Counted from the first letter of the stretch, positions 1 to 11,311 are shown. The stretch is 64,000 bases of DNA from an uncultured delta proteobacterium (GCA_963727625.1 CAVSHR010000005.1:256001-320000); one strand, 5' to 3'. The notes: generated by a model from the letters alone, not told the origin. A program made the numbers and translations.

Positions 1-29
1 CGCAAACTCATGCGATCGACGCCCCCATG

Positions 30-200
30 GCGTCCCGGCTCGATGCGACAAGCCGGTCGCGCCCGCCATAAATCGCCTCGGGCAACGCCGCATGAGCGAA
101 TTCGCAGGGCGCGATAGATATCGCTCCCTGCTGAGACGGCATGCCAATCCCAAAGGGGATCGTCACTCGTCCCTGCGCATTCCGCTCGTGCATAAGTTTC
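30..200 (-). pseudogene. Degenerate C-terminal remnant of a GGDEF (diguanylate cyclase) domain
   Basis: Minus-strand translation GRVTIPFGIGMPSQQGAISIAPCEFAHAALPEAIYGGRDRLV parallels the GGDEF C-terminal pattern VTxSxGxA...ADxALYxAKxxGRxRV. No GG(D/E)EF motif is seen upstream. Confidence 0.4.
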
Positions 201-788
201 AACCCGTTCATCGCATCACCCTGGCGCAGGCAGAGCCAGGAAACTTGTTTCAAAGATCTCTCCCGGCACCGCTTTGCTGAATAAAAAGCCCTGCATCTCG
301 CAAGCGCCTGCGCGGAGTTCCGCGCGTCGAGGGCGAACATAGAGCCGGCACTTGAATAAGTCCCAGATGTTCTTGTTAGTGGTTTGTCATGCACCTTCAT
401 GCCGTTATCGGCCCCGGCGCCGCTCTCGCATCCAGCTTAGGCGTCGCGTCAATTGCTTCTCATATGCAGCGCTCGGGCTTAACCCCTCAGTCACACAAAC
501 AGGCTGCCACAGAGAAACAACTTCGCTTTGAGTATATAGCGACGGGGAGACAGGTAACGTTCACTATTGGACTGGTTTGAAAGAATCCGCAGTGCCCCAA
601 GGAAATGAGAAAAAAAGTATAGTAAAGATGCGGGCCGAGTCTTGCGATGACATAGAATGACAACGCAAGACACTTTCATGAGTCTGGATGGGCGCTTCGT
701 TTCTTAAAAGAACTCTCAGGTGCTTTACCGCGGCGGGCATGACAATCCCGTCATCCCGAGTAATCCTAGGGAAATCTTTCCCAAGCTG

Positions 789-1175
789 TTACTTCGAATC
801 GCGCCGAGTCGGCATATGGCAAGCGCGCGAAATCCAATAGCGGTTGTCGGCAAAGGCGCGGTAACCGGCATCGAAAAGCCGGCGCAGTATGGGAAGAGTC
901 GAAAGAAACCAGAGCGGCTTGGCCCACCAGATGCGCCGCATTAAGTAGCGATACACATCCGCGCCGGCAATTTTTTCGCCATCGGCGAGCAACAATCGAA
1001 AATCCGCGGTCAACTCGTCCTCGATCAATTCGAATTTATCCGCAACCCAATCCGCCTGCAGCGGCGCGATGCGAAAGCCGCGTTTGGCGAGCGTCTTTTC
1101 CCAGAACGGCACCCAGCGGCTGCAAAAACCGCAATTGCCGTCGTAGAGCACCCAGCCTTTGATTTCGTCGGCCAT
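789..1175 (-). CDS. DCC1-like thiol-disulfide oxidoreductase (DUF393)
   Basis: N-terminal VLYDGNCGFCSRW (DxxCxxC) and C-terminal YRAFADNRYWISR. Confidence 0.85.
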   Translation of the reverse strand: MADEIKGWVLYDGNCGFCSRWVPFWEKTLAKRGFRIAPLQADWVADKFELIEDELTADFRLLLADGEKIAGADVYRYLMRRIWWAKPLWFLSTLPILRRLFDAGYRAFADNRYWISRACHMPTRRDSK

Positions 1176-1184
1176 GAGCAAGAC

Positions 1185-1943
1185 TCAAGCGATCCGCCGC
1201 GCCGTGTATACGGTAATCTCCGATCCTTCGGCGAGAAACGCCGAAGAAGGCGACCCACTAAGCGCTTGCGCGAACTGTTTGCCGTAGAGATTCGCCACGT
1301 CGCATTCGAGCCGGCAGCTTTGCGCCTGCCAGACGCGCCAGGCCGGATGATCCACGCGATATTCCACCGTGCCGCCGTCTCTCTGTGTCGAATAACCCCA
1401 ATAATGTTGGGTGATAAATTCCTCCTCGGAGCCTTCCGAGAAATGGCTCGGTTGGCCGCGCGTCGCGAGTTCAATGTATTGCAACTTATTCCCGAAAGTC
1501 CAAAAATATTTGGCTGTTTCCATGTTGGCCGGATTGTCTTGCGACCTAAGAATCACATTCCCTGTCGGCAAGGCTACGTAGTTCTCGTTATACAACCATC
1601 GCGCTGTCAGCGCGATCGTTGCCCGCGGCACAATCTCTTTGACAAACACCACGCCGCGGCGCCAGCCGTCCTCTCCCTTGAGGCGCACGTAGAAGCGCAA
1701 ATTGATCTCTTCAAAGTCCCGATGAAATGGGATCGCGATTCCCATCACTTGCGTGTTGAGAAAAAGAAAACCGACCATGCTGACAAACGTCTTTCCCCTC
1801 CACCCATCCAACTCCGTGCCCTTCGGCACCAACCGCATCAAAATCTCCGGCTCGATCTCGTAGTTGAGCATGGCCAGAGAGCGCCACTCGGCGGTGAGAA
1901 ATCGCGTGCCAAAGTCAGCGTTTGACGTCATCCTCTTCGCCAT
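1185..1943 (-). CDS. DUF2071 (YqjF-like) protein
   Basis: FLTAEWRSLAMLNYE, FEEINLRFYVR, FITQHYWGY and VDHPAW motifs. Confidence 0.85.
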   Translation of the reverse strand: MAKRMTSNADFGTRFLTAEWRSLAMLNYEIEPEILMRLVPKGTELDGWRGKTFVSMVGFLFLNTQVMGIAIPFHRDFEEINLRFYVRLKGEDGWRRGVVFVKEIVPRATIALTARWLYNENYVALPTGNVILRSQDNPANMETAKYFWTFGNKLQYIELATRGQPSHFSEGSEEEFITQHYWGYSTQRDGGTVEYRVDHPAWRVWQAQSCRLECDVANLYGKQFAQALSGSPSSAFLAEGSEITVYTARRIA

Positions 1944-2083
1944 GCTGTCGTGTAGCCCCCAGCTTCGCCGGACGAGCCGGGTCAGGCGCGCAGCAACGTT
2001 GTTTCAGTGGACCGAACCGCCATGGTCAATGGAGGGAGATGGCGCATGAAAGATTCGCACCCCGAGGGACGAAAGTTAGTCGC

Positions 2084-2791
2084 TCAATCTTCAGCGCTTT
2101 GCGCGCCGCTCTTTTGCAGTTCTTCGAGCGCCAGCTTGGCCGCTTCCTGTTCGGATTGCTTTTTGCTGCGGCCAGAGCCTTTGCCCAAAACTTTACCGCC
2201 CACGTCAATTTCCGTGACAAAAAATTTTTCGTGATCCGGCCCGCTCTCGGAAACGATCCGGTAGCTCGGCGGCGCGCGGAAAAGCATCTGGCTGATTTCT
2301 TGTAGCCGGGTTTTGTAATCGTGCTGTCCGAGTGTTTTGGCGGTCACGTCGGCGCCGAAGTAACGTTCCACGACCTGCTGCGCCGCGCTATAGCCGCCAT
2401 CCCGATAAATTCCGCCCAAAAGAGCCTCGAAGGCTCCGGCGAGAATCGACGGCTTGGCGCGCCCGCCGCTCAGTTCTTCGCCTTTTCCGATCCGCAGGAG
2501 CGGACCGATATTTAGCTGAGTTGCTTTTTCCGCCAGCACGGCGGCGTTCACCAGCGCCGCGCGCATTTTCGAGAGCACGCCTTCAGTCTTGTCGGGATTG
2601 CGGCGCATCAAGAGATCGCTCACCGCGAGATCGAGCACGGCGTCGCCGAGAAATTCGAGCACTTCATTGTGTCCTTCGGATTTCTTCCGATCGAAGGACA
2701 CATGGGTTAGGCCGCGCAAAAGCAGCGCGGGATCTTTGAACTCATATCCCAGCGCTTGTTGTAATTCCTGGAGTTGCGTCTGGTTTTTCAA
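2084..2791 (-). CDS. rnc: Ribonuclease III
   Basis: NEVLEFLGDAVL signature and C-terminal dsRBD (DYKTRLQE...GRSKKQSEQEAA). TTG start at 2791 lies just after the mtaB stop. Confidence 0.97.
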   Translation of the reverse strand: MKNQTQLQELQQALGYEFKDPALLLRGLTHVSFDRKKSEGHNEVLEFLGDAVLDLAVSDLLMRRNPDKTEGVLSKMRAALVNAAVLAEKATQLNIGPLLRIGKGEELSGGRAKPSILAGAFEALLGGIYRDGGYSAAQQVVERYFGADVTAKTLGQHDYKTRLQEISQMLFRAPPSYRIVSESGPDHEKFFVTEIDVGGKVLGKGSGRSKKQSEQEAAKLALEELQKSGAQSAED

Positions 2792-2798
2792 ACTGCGC

Positions 2799-4148
2799 CT
2801 ACTGCAGCTGAAGCATCGCTGTCGCACCGTCGGCGGACTCGATCGTATAGTCACCCACGACGCTGCCGGTTAACCAGCCGTTGTGAAAGCCGTCGAGCCG
2901 CACGTCAAGCTCGCGGTTAGCTAAACCCTCGGCGCCGACCACTGCGACCGATAGATAATTGCGGCTAAACCCACGCCGCAGTCCGCTGGCCTTGTCGAAT
3001 TTATCCTCGATCAACACGGTGATCCGTCGCCCGAGAAAACCGGCATAAAAGTCCTTTTTCTTTTGCGCGCCGAGCTCGCGCATGCGCCGGGCCCGGATTT
3101 TTTTTACAGCGCCAGGAACGTGGTCGGCTAATCCGGCCGCCGTCGTGCCGCGCCGAAAGGAATAGGGAAATACGTGAAAGTAGGTAAGCGGCAGGGACGC
3201 GAAATATTCCAGCGAGCTCTCGAACTGCGCCTCGCTCTCGCCGGGAAAACCGACGATGATATCGCTCCCCAGAGCGGCCTCGGGCAGACGCTCGCGCACG
3301 CGCGCAAGCAAGTCCCGGAAGTAAACCGTATCGTAGTTGCGCCGCATCCGTTTGAGAATCTCATCGTCGCCGGCTTGGGCGCAGATATGCATGTGCGCGC
3401 AGACGGTGTCGGAACGGGCGATCGAATCGAGCAAGCGATCCGGCACTTCGCGCGGATCCAGCGAACTCAGACGCAGACGCGCAATCGCACCGCTCGCTGC
3501 AATCATTTCAATGAGCGCGGTTAGATCGATCTTCGGTTTGAGGTCTTGTCCATAGCCGCCGAGATGAATCCCGGTGAGCACGATCTCCTTATAGCCAGCG
3601 TCGGCGAGCTGGCGCACCTGCTCCATCACCTGGCGCGGCGCCACGCTGCGGCTCAACCCCCGCGCCGTCGGAATGATGCAATAGGTGCAAGTATAGTTGC
3701 AGCCCTCCTGGATTTTTAGGAAAGCCCGGGTGTGGCCGGGTAGAACCCGGGTTCCAAGCACCGCCACGCCGCGCTCCCGTTTGACGTCGCTGACGGCGAG
3801 CTGCGGCGCTGACGCCGGCGCGCTCTCGACGAAGCGAATCAAATCGTCGAGTCGATTGAGCCCGACGACGAAATCGACGCCGGGGACTTCGGAGACTTCC
3901 TGCGCACTCACCTGGGCGTAGCAGCCAGTGACCAATACTCTGGCCGCGGGGTTCGCCCGCTTTGCGCGGCGCACCAGCTGGCGCGCCTCCCAGTCGGCGC
4001 GGTCGGTCACCGTGCAGGTGTTGATCACGTAGCAGTCCGCCGATTCCTCGAACGGCACGAACGCATGGTGCTCCTGCAAACGGCTTTGAATCACCGCCGA
4101 ATCGTATTGGTTGATTTTGCAACCGAGTGTGGTAATCGCGATACGCAT
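2799..4148 (-). CDS. mtaB: tRNA t6A37 methylthiotransferase MtaB
   Basis: TLGCKINQYD (MtaB-type UPF0004), radical SAM CNYTCTYC, HVFPYS, and a C-terminal TRAM-like region. Confidence 0.93.
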   Translation of the reverse strand: MRIAITTLGCKINQYDSAVIQSRLQEHHAFVPFEESADCYVINTCTVTDRADWEARQLVRRAKRANPAARVLVTGCYAQVSAQEVSEVPGVDFVVGLNRLDDLIRFVESAPASAPQLAVSDVKRERGVAVLGTRVLPGHTRAFLKIQEGCNYTCTYCIIPTARGLSRSVAPRQVMEQVRQLADAGYKEIVLTGIHLGGYGQDLKPKIDLTALIEMIAASGAIARLRLSSLDPREVPDRLLDSIARSDTVCAHMHICAQAGDDEILKRMRRNYDTVYFRDLLARVRERLPEAALGSDIIVGFPGESEAQFESSLEYFASLPLTYFHVFPYSFRRGTTAAGLADHVPGAVKKIRARRMRELGAQKKKDFYAGFLGRRITVLIEDKFDKASGLRRGFSRNYLSVAVVGAEGLANRELDVRLDGFHNGWLTGSVVGDYTIESADGATAMLQLQ

Positions 4149-4151
4149 ATT

Positions 4152-4235
4152 CTAGGCAATAGGCATTAGGCACCAGGCAATAGTAAAACTCGGATTGAAT
4201 TTCACTGTTGCCAATTTCCTGTGGCCTGTTGCCTT
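4152..4235. repeat. Heptamer-armed inverted repeat element (AGGCAAT family)
   Basis: AGGCAAT AGGCATT AGGCACC AGGCAAT at 4154-4181, with complementary arm CTGTTGCC...CCTGTGGCCTGTTGCCT at 4204-4233 overlapping the mnmA 3' end. Confidence 0.7.
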
Positions 4236-5302
4236 TCCTCTTTAATGGCTCGCTCGATCCAGCCTCCGCCTAACACTTTCTCGCCGTGATAAAAGACCGC
4301 CGCTTGCCCGGGCGTCACCGCCGCCGCCGGCTCGTGGAAGCGCACTTCGCAACGAGAATCGCTCTGGAGGCGAATCACGCAGGTGACGGCCGGCGCCCGG
4401 TAACGGATCTGCACTTCGGCTGCGAACTCGGATGCGTTCGGCAGCTCCTGCCAATGAACCGCGCGCGCGGTCAACCCGGCCGATAACAGCTCAGGCTTCT
4501 TGCCGACCACCACCCGCTTGCTTCGATCGTCGATTTCGACCACGTAGAGCGGCTCCTCAGCGGAAATCCCCAAGCCGCGCCGCTGGCCGATGGTCACGCC
4601 GTGAATCCCTCCATGGCGCCCCAGAACTTTGCCCGATCGATCGACCACTTCGCCGCCGGCGCTCTCGCTCTCCCGCGCGTAGGCTGCGACCAGACTTTTG
4701 TAGTCCCCGAAGCAGATATCCTGGCTCTCCGGGCGTTCCGCTGCGGGGAGTGCGAGACGGCGCGCGCGTTCGCGCACCTCTGTTTTTTGCATTTCGCCGA
4801 GAGGAAACCACGTTTGCGCGAGTTGCTCCTGCGAAAGGGCAAAAAGAAAATAGGACTGGTCTTTGCCGCGATCGGCGCCGCGCAGCAAAGCAACCCGCGC
4901 GGTGGACGCATCCCGCGCCAGCCGCGCATAGTGGCCGGTAGCAACGAACTCGGCGCCCTGCGCATGCGCCCACTTGAGCAGAGTGCCGAGCTTGAAATCG
5001 CGATTGCAGGCAACGCAAGGATTTGGGGTGCGGCCGCTGAGATAATCCGCGGCAAAGGGCTTTACCACCTGCTCGACAAATTGGCCGCGCAAATCGAGCA
5101 GCGTGTAACTGATGCCAAGCAGCTTGGCGACTTCTACCGCACCCCGATGATCGGAGCAAACCCGCGGGCCGTGATTCTCCTCCCACATGCGCAGCGAGAC
5201 GCCGTGAACGTCGAAGCCTTGCTCGACGAGCAGCGACGCCGCTACAGAGCTATCAACGCCGCCGCTCATCGCGACAACAATTTTCTTTCCTGACCCAGAC
5301 AT
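4202..5302 (-). CDS. mnmA: tRNA 2-thiouridine(34) synthase MnmA
   Basis: AMSGGVDSS, TPNPCVACN, ATGHYA, KDQSYFL, ESQDICF and TPGQAAVFY. Confidence 0.97.
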   Translation of the reverse strand: MSGSGKKIVVAMSGGVDSSVAASLLVEQGFDVHGVSLRMWEENHGPRVCSDHRGAVEVAKLLGISYTLLDLRGQFVEQVVKPFAADYLSGRTPNPCVACNRDFKLGTLLKWAHAQGAEFVATGHYARLARDASTARVALLRGADRGKDQSYFLFALSQEQLAQTWFPLGEMQKTEVRERARRLALPAAERPESQDICFGDYKSLVAAYARESESAGGEVVDRSGKVLGRHGGIHGVTIGQRRGLGISAEEPLYVVEIDDRSKRVVVGKKPELLSAGLTARAVHWQELPNASEFAAEVQIRYRAPAVTCVIRLQSDSRCEVRFHEPAAAVTPGQAAVFYHGEKVLGGGWIERAIKEERQQATGNWQQ

Positions 5303-5321
5303 TACTTTCGACTTTGATCTA

Positions 5322-5366
5322 CAACCATTGAAACCTATGGAACGATTGGAACACTTGGAACGGATT
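5322..5366. repeat. Short tandem ~9-mer repeat (TTGGAAC-type)
   Basis: ccattgaaacctatggaacgattggaacacttggaacgg between cysE and mnmA. Confidence 0.6.
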
Positions 5367-5382
5367 TTATTACGGCGCCCGG

Positions 5383-6117
5383 TTAGCTTCCGGTATTCTT
5401 CAACATCTCTTTTACCTTGTTCAGCACTTCGCTGTCCTCGGCGGTTTTTTCCTCTAATCCGCCTTGGCGCGCGCTGAGTTCATCGACCTTTCGCTCCAAT
5501 TTTTCGACGTAGTCGGCCAAGCTGCCAAAAGCTTTTGCCACCACGTCGGGCAGGTCGGCGGAATTGAGATCGATAATCGCTTTCCCGGTTTGGGTATGCA
5601 GCGCTTCGGTTTTAACCACCCGGCCCGGAATACCGACCACCGTCGAATGCGCCGGCACGGAGGTCACCAGCACAGAGCCGGCGCCGATGCGGCTATGGCG
5701 GCCGACCGTCACCGGTCCAAGCACTGCCGCTCCGCTGAAAATCGTCACTGAGTCCTCAATGGTCGGGTGTCGTTTGATCCGCGCCGTCGAGGTGCCGCCG
5801 AGTGTCACACCCTGGTAGATCGTCACGTCGTCGCCGACCTCGCTGGTCTCGCCGATCACGACACCCATGCCGTGATCGATAAAAAAGCGCCGCCCGATTC
5901 TCGCTCCAGGGTGGATCTCGATACCGGTCAAGAAACGACTGACATGGCTGATGAATCGAGCCAGCGTAGTGAGCCCCCGTTGCCACAGCCAATGCGCCAG
6001 CCGGTGCATGACGACGGCGTGAAAGCCGGGATAGGCAAGCACGATCTCCCACACCGAGCGCAAGGCCGGATCGCGCAGAGAAACAACCTGAAAGTCTTCT
6101 TTAACGGTTTGCCACAT
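5383..6117 (-). CDS. cysE: Serine O-acetyltransferase
   Basis: RDPA...[34 protein letters not shown] and KRHPTI hexapeptide repeats. ATG at 6117. Confidence 0.96.
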   Translation of the reverse strand: MWQTVKEDFQVVSLRDPALRSVWEIVLAYPGFHAVVMHRLAHWLWQRGLTTLARFISHVSRFLTGIEIHPGARIGRRFFIDHGMGVVIGETSEVGDDVTIYQGVTLGGTSTARIKRHPTIEDSVTIFSGAAVLGPVTVGRHSRIGAGSVLVTSVPAHSTVVGIPGRVVKTEALHTQTGKAIIDLNSADLPDVVAKAFGSLADYVEKLERKVDELSARQGGLEEKTAEDSEVLNKVKEMLKNTGS

Positions 6118-6122
6118 GCCGG

Positions 6123-6197
6123 ATAAGCAATAGGCGTTAGGCAATAACAGAAGTGGGGCTTCCCGCAGTCTATTCCTAATGCCTATTGTCTCCTTTG
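6123..6197. repeat. Heptamer-armed inverted repeat element (AGGCAAT family), second copy
   Basis: AAGCAAT AGGCGTT AGGCAAT, then complementary CTATTCCTAATGCCTATTGTCT. Confidence 0.7.
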
Positions 6198-7778
6198 CTA
6201 ATTTCCCCGGTGCCGGGAATCTTTATAGAGCTTGTAATCGATGCTGTCGACCAGCGCTTGCCAGCTCGCTTCAATGACGTTTTGCGACACGCCGACTGTA
6301 CCCCAACGGTCTTTTCCGTCGCCGGACTCAATCAACACGCGCACCACCGCAGCCGTGCCTTCTCCCGAAGACAAGACGCGGACTTTGTAATCCAAAAGCT
6401 CCACCTCTTTGAGCGCCGGATAAAATTTCGTCAGCGCGCGTCGCAGCGCCTGGTCCAGCGCGTTCACCGGGCCGTTGCCCATCGCCGCGGCGTGCTCCAT
6501 CACGCCGTCAACCTGCACCATGATGGTCGCTTCGGAAATCGGCGCCTCGCCTTCCTTTCGTTTTTCGTCGATCACCCGGAAACCGACGAGATTGAAATTT
6601 TTCCGCTTCTTGCCCAGCGCCTCTTGAATCAACAGCTCGAAGGAAGCTTCGGCGGCTTGGAATTCGTACCCCTGGCTTTCCAGCTCTTTGGTGCGCCGCA
6701 GAATCTCCTTGACCGCGTCACCCTTGTCCTTCAAGTCGATGCCGTACTCTTTGCCCTTGTAGACGATGTTGCTCTGGCCCGACAGATCGGAGACCAGCAC
6801 GCGCTGGCGATTGCCGACCAGTTCCGGATCGATGTGCTCATAGGTCTCGCGATTTTTGAGCACGCCGGAAACATGCAAGCCGCCCTTATGCGCGAAGGCG
6901 CTGTCGCCGACATAGGCTTGGCGCTTGTTGGGATGAATATTCGCCAGCTCGTAGAAGAACTGCGAGACCTCGCGAAGTTTCTTCAGCTGTGCCGGAGTCA
7001 CGCATTTTTTGCCCATTTTGAGCTGCAGGTTGGCGATCACCGAAATCAAGTTCATGTTGCCGCAGCGCTCGCCGAAACCGTTGATCGTGCCCTGCACCTG
7101 CGTCACGCCCATTTCCACCCCGGCAAGGGTGTTGGCAACCGCCAGTTCACCGTCGTTGTGACAGTGAATTCCCAGCGGCGTCTTGATCTCGCGCACGACA
7201 TGATTCAGCGCGTCGCGCACCTCGCCGGGCAGCCGTCCGCCGTTGGTCTCGCACAGCACGATCCAATCGGCGCCGCCTTCCTGGGCCGCCTTGAGACATT
7301 CGATGGCATAGTCCGGATTGGCGCGGAAGCCGTCGAAAAAATGCTCGGCGTCGAAAATGACTTCGTCGACGTGCTTTTTCATATACGAGATCGAGTCGGC
7401 GATGATCTCCAAGTTGGCTTTCTGGCTGATCCGCAGATCGTCGCGCACGTGCAGGTCCCAGGTTTTGCCGACCAGCGTCACCACCGGCGTCTCCGCGGCC
7501 AGCAGAACCTTGAGATTGATATCCTGCGACGGCTTGGCGCCGACTTTTCGGGTTGTGCCAAAGGATGCGATTTTGGCGTTCTTTAGTTTCAGTTTCTTGA
7601 CCTGCTTGAAAAAATCGGCATCGCGCACGTTGGAACCCGGATAGCCGCCTTCGATGTAGTCGATGCCCAGCTCCTCGAGCTTCTCCGCGATGCGGAGTTT
7701 GTCCTCGAGCGTGAACGAAACATCCTCGGCCTGACAGCCGTCCCGAAGTGTCGTGTCGTATAGCAAAACATCCTTCAT
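6198..7778 (-). CDS. cimA: Citramalate synthase
   Basis: [43 protein letters not shown] and a LeuA-type allosteric C-terminus, adjacent to lysC. Confidence 0.93.
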   Translation of the reverse strand: MKDVLLYDTTLRDGCQAEDVSFTLEDKLRIAEKLEELGIDYIEGGYPGSNVRDADFFKQVKKLKLKNAKIASFGTTRKVGAKPSQDINLKVLLAAETPVVTLVGKTWDLHVRDDLRISQKANLEIIADSISYMKKHVDEVIFDAEHFFDGFRANPDYAIECLKAAQEGGADWIVLCETNGGRLPGEVRDALNHVVREIKTPLGIHCHNDGELAVANTLAGVEMGVTQVQGTINGFGERCGNMNLISVIANLQLKMGKKCVTPAQLKKLREVSQFFYELANIHPNKRQAYVGDSAFAHKGGLHVSGVLKNRETYEHIDPELVGNRQRVLVSDLSGQSNIVYKGKEYGIDLKDKGDAVKEILRRTKELESQGYEFQAAEASFELLIQEALGKKRKNFNLVGFRVIDEKRKEGEAPISEATIMVQVDGVMEHAAAMGNGPVNALDQALRRALTKFYPALKEVELLDYKVRVLSSGEGTAAVVRVLIESGDGKDRWGTVGVSQNVIEASWQALVDSIDYKLYKDSRHRGN

Positions 7779-8998
7779 ACCGCCCCCTGCTTGCCGATAA
7801 ACGCCTCGTGCAATACCCGCACGGCGAGCTCCGCGTATTTAGCGTCGATGACCACGGAGATCTTAATTTCCGAAGTGGAGATCATCTCGATATTGATCCC
7901 CTCGCGGGCCAGCACTTCGAACATTTTCGCGGCCACGCCGGCGTGCGTGCGCATGCCGACACCGACCACGGAAATCTTCGCCATGTCGGCGTCCAGCTTG
8001 ACGCCATGGGCGTTGACCGCCGGCGCGGTTTTTTCGACGATGGCAAACGCTCTTTTATGATCGGCCTTGGGCACGGTGAAAGTCAAATCCGTAGTGCCGT
8101 CTTCACTGGCGTTCTGGATAATCATGTCGACAACGATGTGCGCGTCGGCGATCGGGCCGAACACCTGGGCCGCCAATCCGGGCCGGTCCGGCACCCGCAG
8201 CAGCGTGATCTTGGCTTCATTTTTGTCGCAGGCCACGCCCGACACCAACACATCGTTCATGGTATCCTCCTCATTGACCAACCATGTCCCTTCGACATCG
8301 GAAAAAGTCGAACGGACATGCACCGGAACGGAAAAATTTTTGGCAAACTCCACGGAACGGATTTCGAGGACTTTAGCGCCGGTGCTGGCAAACTCGATCA
8401 TCTCATCATAGGAAACGCGCGCGAGCTTGCGCGCCTCGGGACAAATGCCCGGATCGGTGGTAAAGACCCCTTCCACGTCGGTGTAGATTTCGCAGGCGTC
8501 GGCGCACAGAAACGCCGCCAGCGCCACCGCGCTGGTATCCGAGCCGCCGCGCCCGAGCGTCGTGATATTGTCGTCTTCGTCCACACCCTGAAATCCGGCG
8601 ACCACCACCACTTCGCCGGCCTTGAGCGCGCGCTGAATTTTCGTCGAATCGATGCTCAAGATGCGCGCTTTGCCGTAGGCGTTATCCGTTGCGATGCGCA
8701 CCTGATGGCCCAAGAAGGAACGGGCCGGCTGACCGTATTCTTTCAATGCTAAAGTTAACAAGGCCACCGATACCTGCTCGCCGGAAGCGAGCAAAACATC
8801 CTTTTCACGCTCGTCGGGAAGCTCCGCGATCTCTTGAGCCAGCGCAACCAAACGATTAGTCTCCCCAGCCATGGCTGAAACGACCACCACCAATTCATTT
8901 CCTGCCCGCTTGGCCGCAGCGACCTTCGCCGCGACCTGCTTGATGCGCTCAATCGAACCGACCGATGTCCCGCCGTATTTCTGTACCAGCAATGCCAC
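7775..8998 (-). CDS. lysC: Aspartate kinase
   Basis: [20 protein letters not shown] and two ACT domains. Confidence 0.97.
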   Translation of the reverse strand: MALLVQKYGGTSVGSIERIKQVAAKVAAAKRAGNELVVVVSAMAGETNRLVALAQEIAELPDEREKDVLLASGEQVSVALLTLALKEYGQPARSFLGHQVRIATDNAYGKARILSIDSTKIQRALKAGEVVVVAGFQGVDEDDNITTLGRGGSDTSAVALAAFLCADACEIYTDVEGVFTTDPGICPEARKLARVSYDEMIEFASTGAKVLEIRSVEFAKNFSVPVHVRSTFSDVEGTWLVNEEDTMNDVLVSGVACDKNEAKITLLRVPDRPGLAAQVFGPIADAHIVVDMIIQNASEDGTTDLTFTVPKADHKRAFAIVEKTAPAVNAHGVKLDADMAKISVVGVGMRTHAGVAAKMFEVLAREGINIEMISTSEIKISVVIDAKYAELAVRVLHEAFIGKQGAV

Positions 8999-9054
8999 TG
9001 CTTCTTCCTAACCTTTGTTCCTTGAACCCTTGACCCCTTGATCTTTTGAACGCT

Positions 9055-9528
9055 TTAACGACGCTCCTTTAGCGCTTCGAGCAAACGCTCGTAGCGCGCA
9101 CCGTGAGAAACAAAAGTGATTTCTCGCTTCGCACCACCGGCGTGGGCGATTTTGACTTCGAGATAACCGTCCACTTCGCCCGCCGGCAGATATTCGAACC
9201 ATTCGACGAGACTGACCCCATCCGAGTACAGATACTCCCGCAAATTGAGCGACTCGATCTCCTCTTGCTTGCCGACGCGGTAGAGGTCGATGTGATAAAC
9301 CGGCAACCAGCCCTGGTATTCGTTGATGAGGGTGAAAGTGGGGCTGCGGACCCAGGCGTCCTTGCCGACTTTCGCCCCCGCGGCAAAACCACGCACAAAA
9401 CAGGTCTTACCGGAGCCCAACTCACCAATCAAACCAATGATTTCGCCCCCTTGTACCAACTTTCCAAGCTTCTGCCCTAAGCTCATGGTCTTACGGGGAG
9501 AATTAGCAACGACCGTACACGAACCCAT
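9055..9528 (-). CDS. tsaE: tRNA t6A biosynthesis ATPase TsaE
   Basis: GELGSGKT, SPTFTLINEY, YHIDLYR and LVEW. GGAGG precedes the ATG at 9528. Confidence 0.95.
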   Translation of the reverse strand: MGSCTVVANSPRKTMSLGQKLGKLVQGGEIIGLIGELGSGKTCFVRGFAAGAKVGKDAWVRSPTFTLINEYQGWLPVYHIDLYRVGKQEEIESLNLREYLYSDGVSLVEWFEYLPAGEVDGYLEVKIAHAGGAKREITFVSHGARYERLLEALKERR

Positions 9529-9664
9529 TGCCAAGCGGGCCTCCAAGTACAACTAGTATATTTTTCAAGAGATTTCGAGACTGACTCACCGGCAACTGGC
9601 GGCGGTAAACAATCTCATCGGCGCTCTAAAGCCGGTTTGCGTTGATGAAAACGAACACCGAAAA

Positions 9665-11236
9665 TCACCGGGAACTTCCACGCAGAGTCTCAGCAGCAAG
9701 CGCATTCATCCCTGCCGGCAGTCTTTGAATGATGTCCGATGCAATCAGTCCGATTTCACCTTGGCTTGCGGCGATCTGGTCGGCGACAAATCCATGCAGA
9801 TAAACGCCGAGTTTCATGGCGTCTTCGGCTGGCAGCCCCTGGCCGAGCAGCGCCGCCAGAATTCCAGCCAACACATCACCCATGCCGCCGCTAGCCATGC
9901 CCGGATTACCGGTCGGATTGATGAAGACTTTTCCCGCCACCGTCGCAATCACCGTGCGCGCGCCTTTTAAGATTAAATGACAGCGGTGCTCTAGGGCGAA
10001 CGCGCGCGCGATGCCCACTCGATCCGCATTGACCGCGGCAATATCTTTGCCGATGAGCCTGGCCATCTCGCCCGGATGGGGCGTCAACACCGGCGGGAAC
10101 TTGGCGTGGTGCAAACGATCGATTGCGAGAGCCAGATTATTGAGGCCGTCGGCATCGATCACCCACGGTATGTCTAAATTTCTCAGCAGCCAGCGCGTGA
10201 TATTTTGCGTCGCCGAATTGACCCCGACACCGGGCCCGAAGAGCAAAGCATTTTTTCGCGCCAGCAAAGCGCGCCAATCGTCGTCGCTGAGAGCCTCCAT
10301 CTCCTCGGCTGCGTTATCGCGCAACGGCTCGGTCATCACCTCGACCAGCGCGCCGGCGAAAATATTATTGAGCGAGCGCGGTGCCGCGAGAGTCACCAAC
10401 CCGGCGCCCGTACGCATCGCCGCCCGGCAAGCTAAGATTGCCGCGCCGGTCTTTCCGCGCGAACCTGCAACGACCAGAAGATGGCCGTAGGTGCCCTTAT
10501 GGGTATCTGCCTCGCGCCGTGGTACTAGCCAGCGAATATTTTCGCGATCGAGAAGTTCTGTCTTTGACGAAACTTCCGCCACCGCCCGGTCATCGATACC
10601 GATATCGGCGACGACCAGCTCACCACAATAAGAGGCGCCCGGGTAAATAACCTCGCCCAATTTTGCGAAAGCCAAGGCGACCGTCATTTCCGCTTGAACC
10701 GCGACACCGAGCGGCCCGCCGTTGTCGGTGTCAAGCCCGGAAGGAATATCCACCGCGACGATCGGCAGTCCCGCGGCGTTGATCAGTGTAATGGCCTCGG
10801 CAAGCCGGCCGCGCACTTCGCTCTTAATTCCAGTGCCGAGGATGGCGTCGACGATCAAACCGTTTTTGCCAATACGGCGGCTAAGCAATTTGAAATCGTC
10901 GGCGGCCATTTCATAGACCTTGCCTTTAAGTTTGAGGAAGGCGTGCAGGTTGTGTGCCGCGTCGGCTGATAGTTCGTCCTTGCGCGCCAGCAGCGCCACT
11001 TCGCAAGGAATTCGTCTCTTTTTGAGCAAACGCGCGACGACGAAGCCATCGCCGCCGTTGTTGCCTTTCCCGGCAATGACCAAGACGCCTTTCTTTGCCG
11101 TGCGCCCGAAGCGCCCAACAATGGCCTGGGCAATCCCGGCACCGGCCCGCTCCATCAAAGCGAGGCTTGGCACGCCGTACTTTTGGATCGTCAAACGATC
11201 CATCTCGCGCATCTGCTCGGCGGTTACGATCAACAT
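9665..11236 (-). CDS. nnr: Bifunctional NAD(P)H-hydrate epimerase/dehydratase
   Basis: GKGNNGGDG, DIPSG, THKGTYG, DADGLN, TPHPGE and GGMGDVLAG. Confidence 0.96.
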   Translation of the reverse strand: MLIVTAEQMREMDRLTIQKYGVPSLALMERAGAGIAQAIVGRFGRTAKKGVLVIAGKGNNGGDGFVVARLLKKRRIPCEVALLARKDELSADAAHNLHAFLKLKGKVYEMAADDFKLLSRRIGKNGLIVDAILGTGIKSEVRGRLAEAITLINAAGLPIVAVDIPSGLDTDNGGPLGVAVQAEMTVALAFAKLGEVIYPGASYCGELVVADIGIDDRAVAEVSSKTELLDRENIRWLVPRREADTHKGTYGHLLVVAGSRGKTGAAILACRAAMRTGAGLVTLAAPRSLNNIFAGALVEVMTEPLRDNAAEEMEALSDDDWRALLARKNALLFGPGVGVNSATQNITRWLLRNLDIPWVIDADGLNNLALAIDRLHHAKFPPVLTPHPGEMARLIGKDIAAVNADRVGIARAFALEHRCHLILKGARTVIATVAGKVFINPTGNPGMASGGMGDVLAGILAALLGQGLPAEDAMKLGVYLHGFVADQIAASQGEIGLIASDIIQRLPAGMNALAAETLRGSSR

Positions 11237-11311
11237 GAAAACCGTGACGCGTGTTCGTACCCCGTGTTCGTGGAGCTCAAGATTACCTCTCAATCTCTAA
11301 GAAGATCACGA

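Noticed and set aside
6186-7586. Long plus-strand ORFs antisense to core genes (also 16847-17941, 31837-33063, 7748-8752)
   Set aside because: Shadow ORFs of GC-rich coding sequence. The opposite strand carries clear family motifs.
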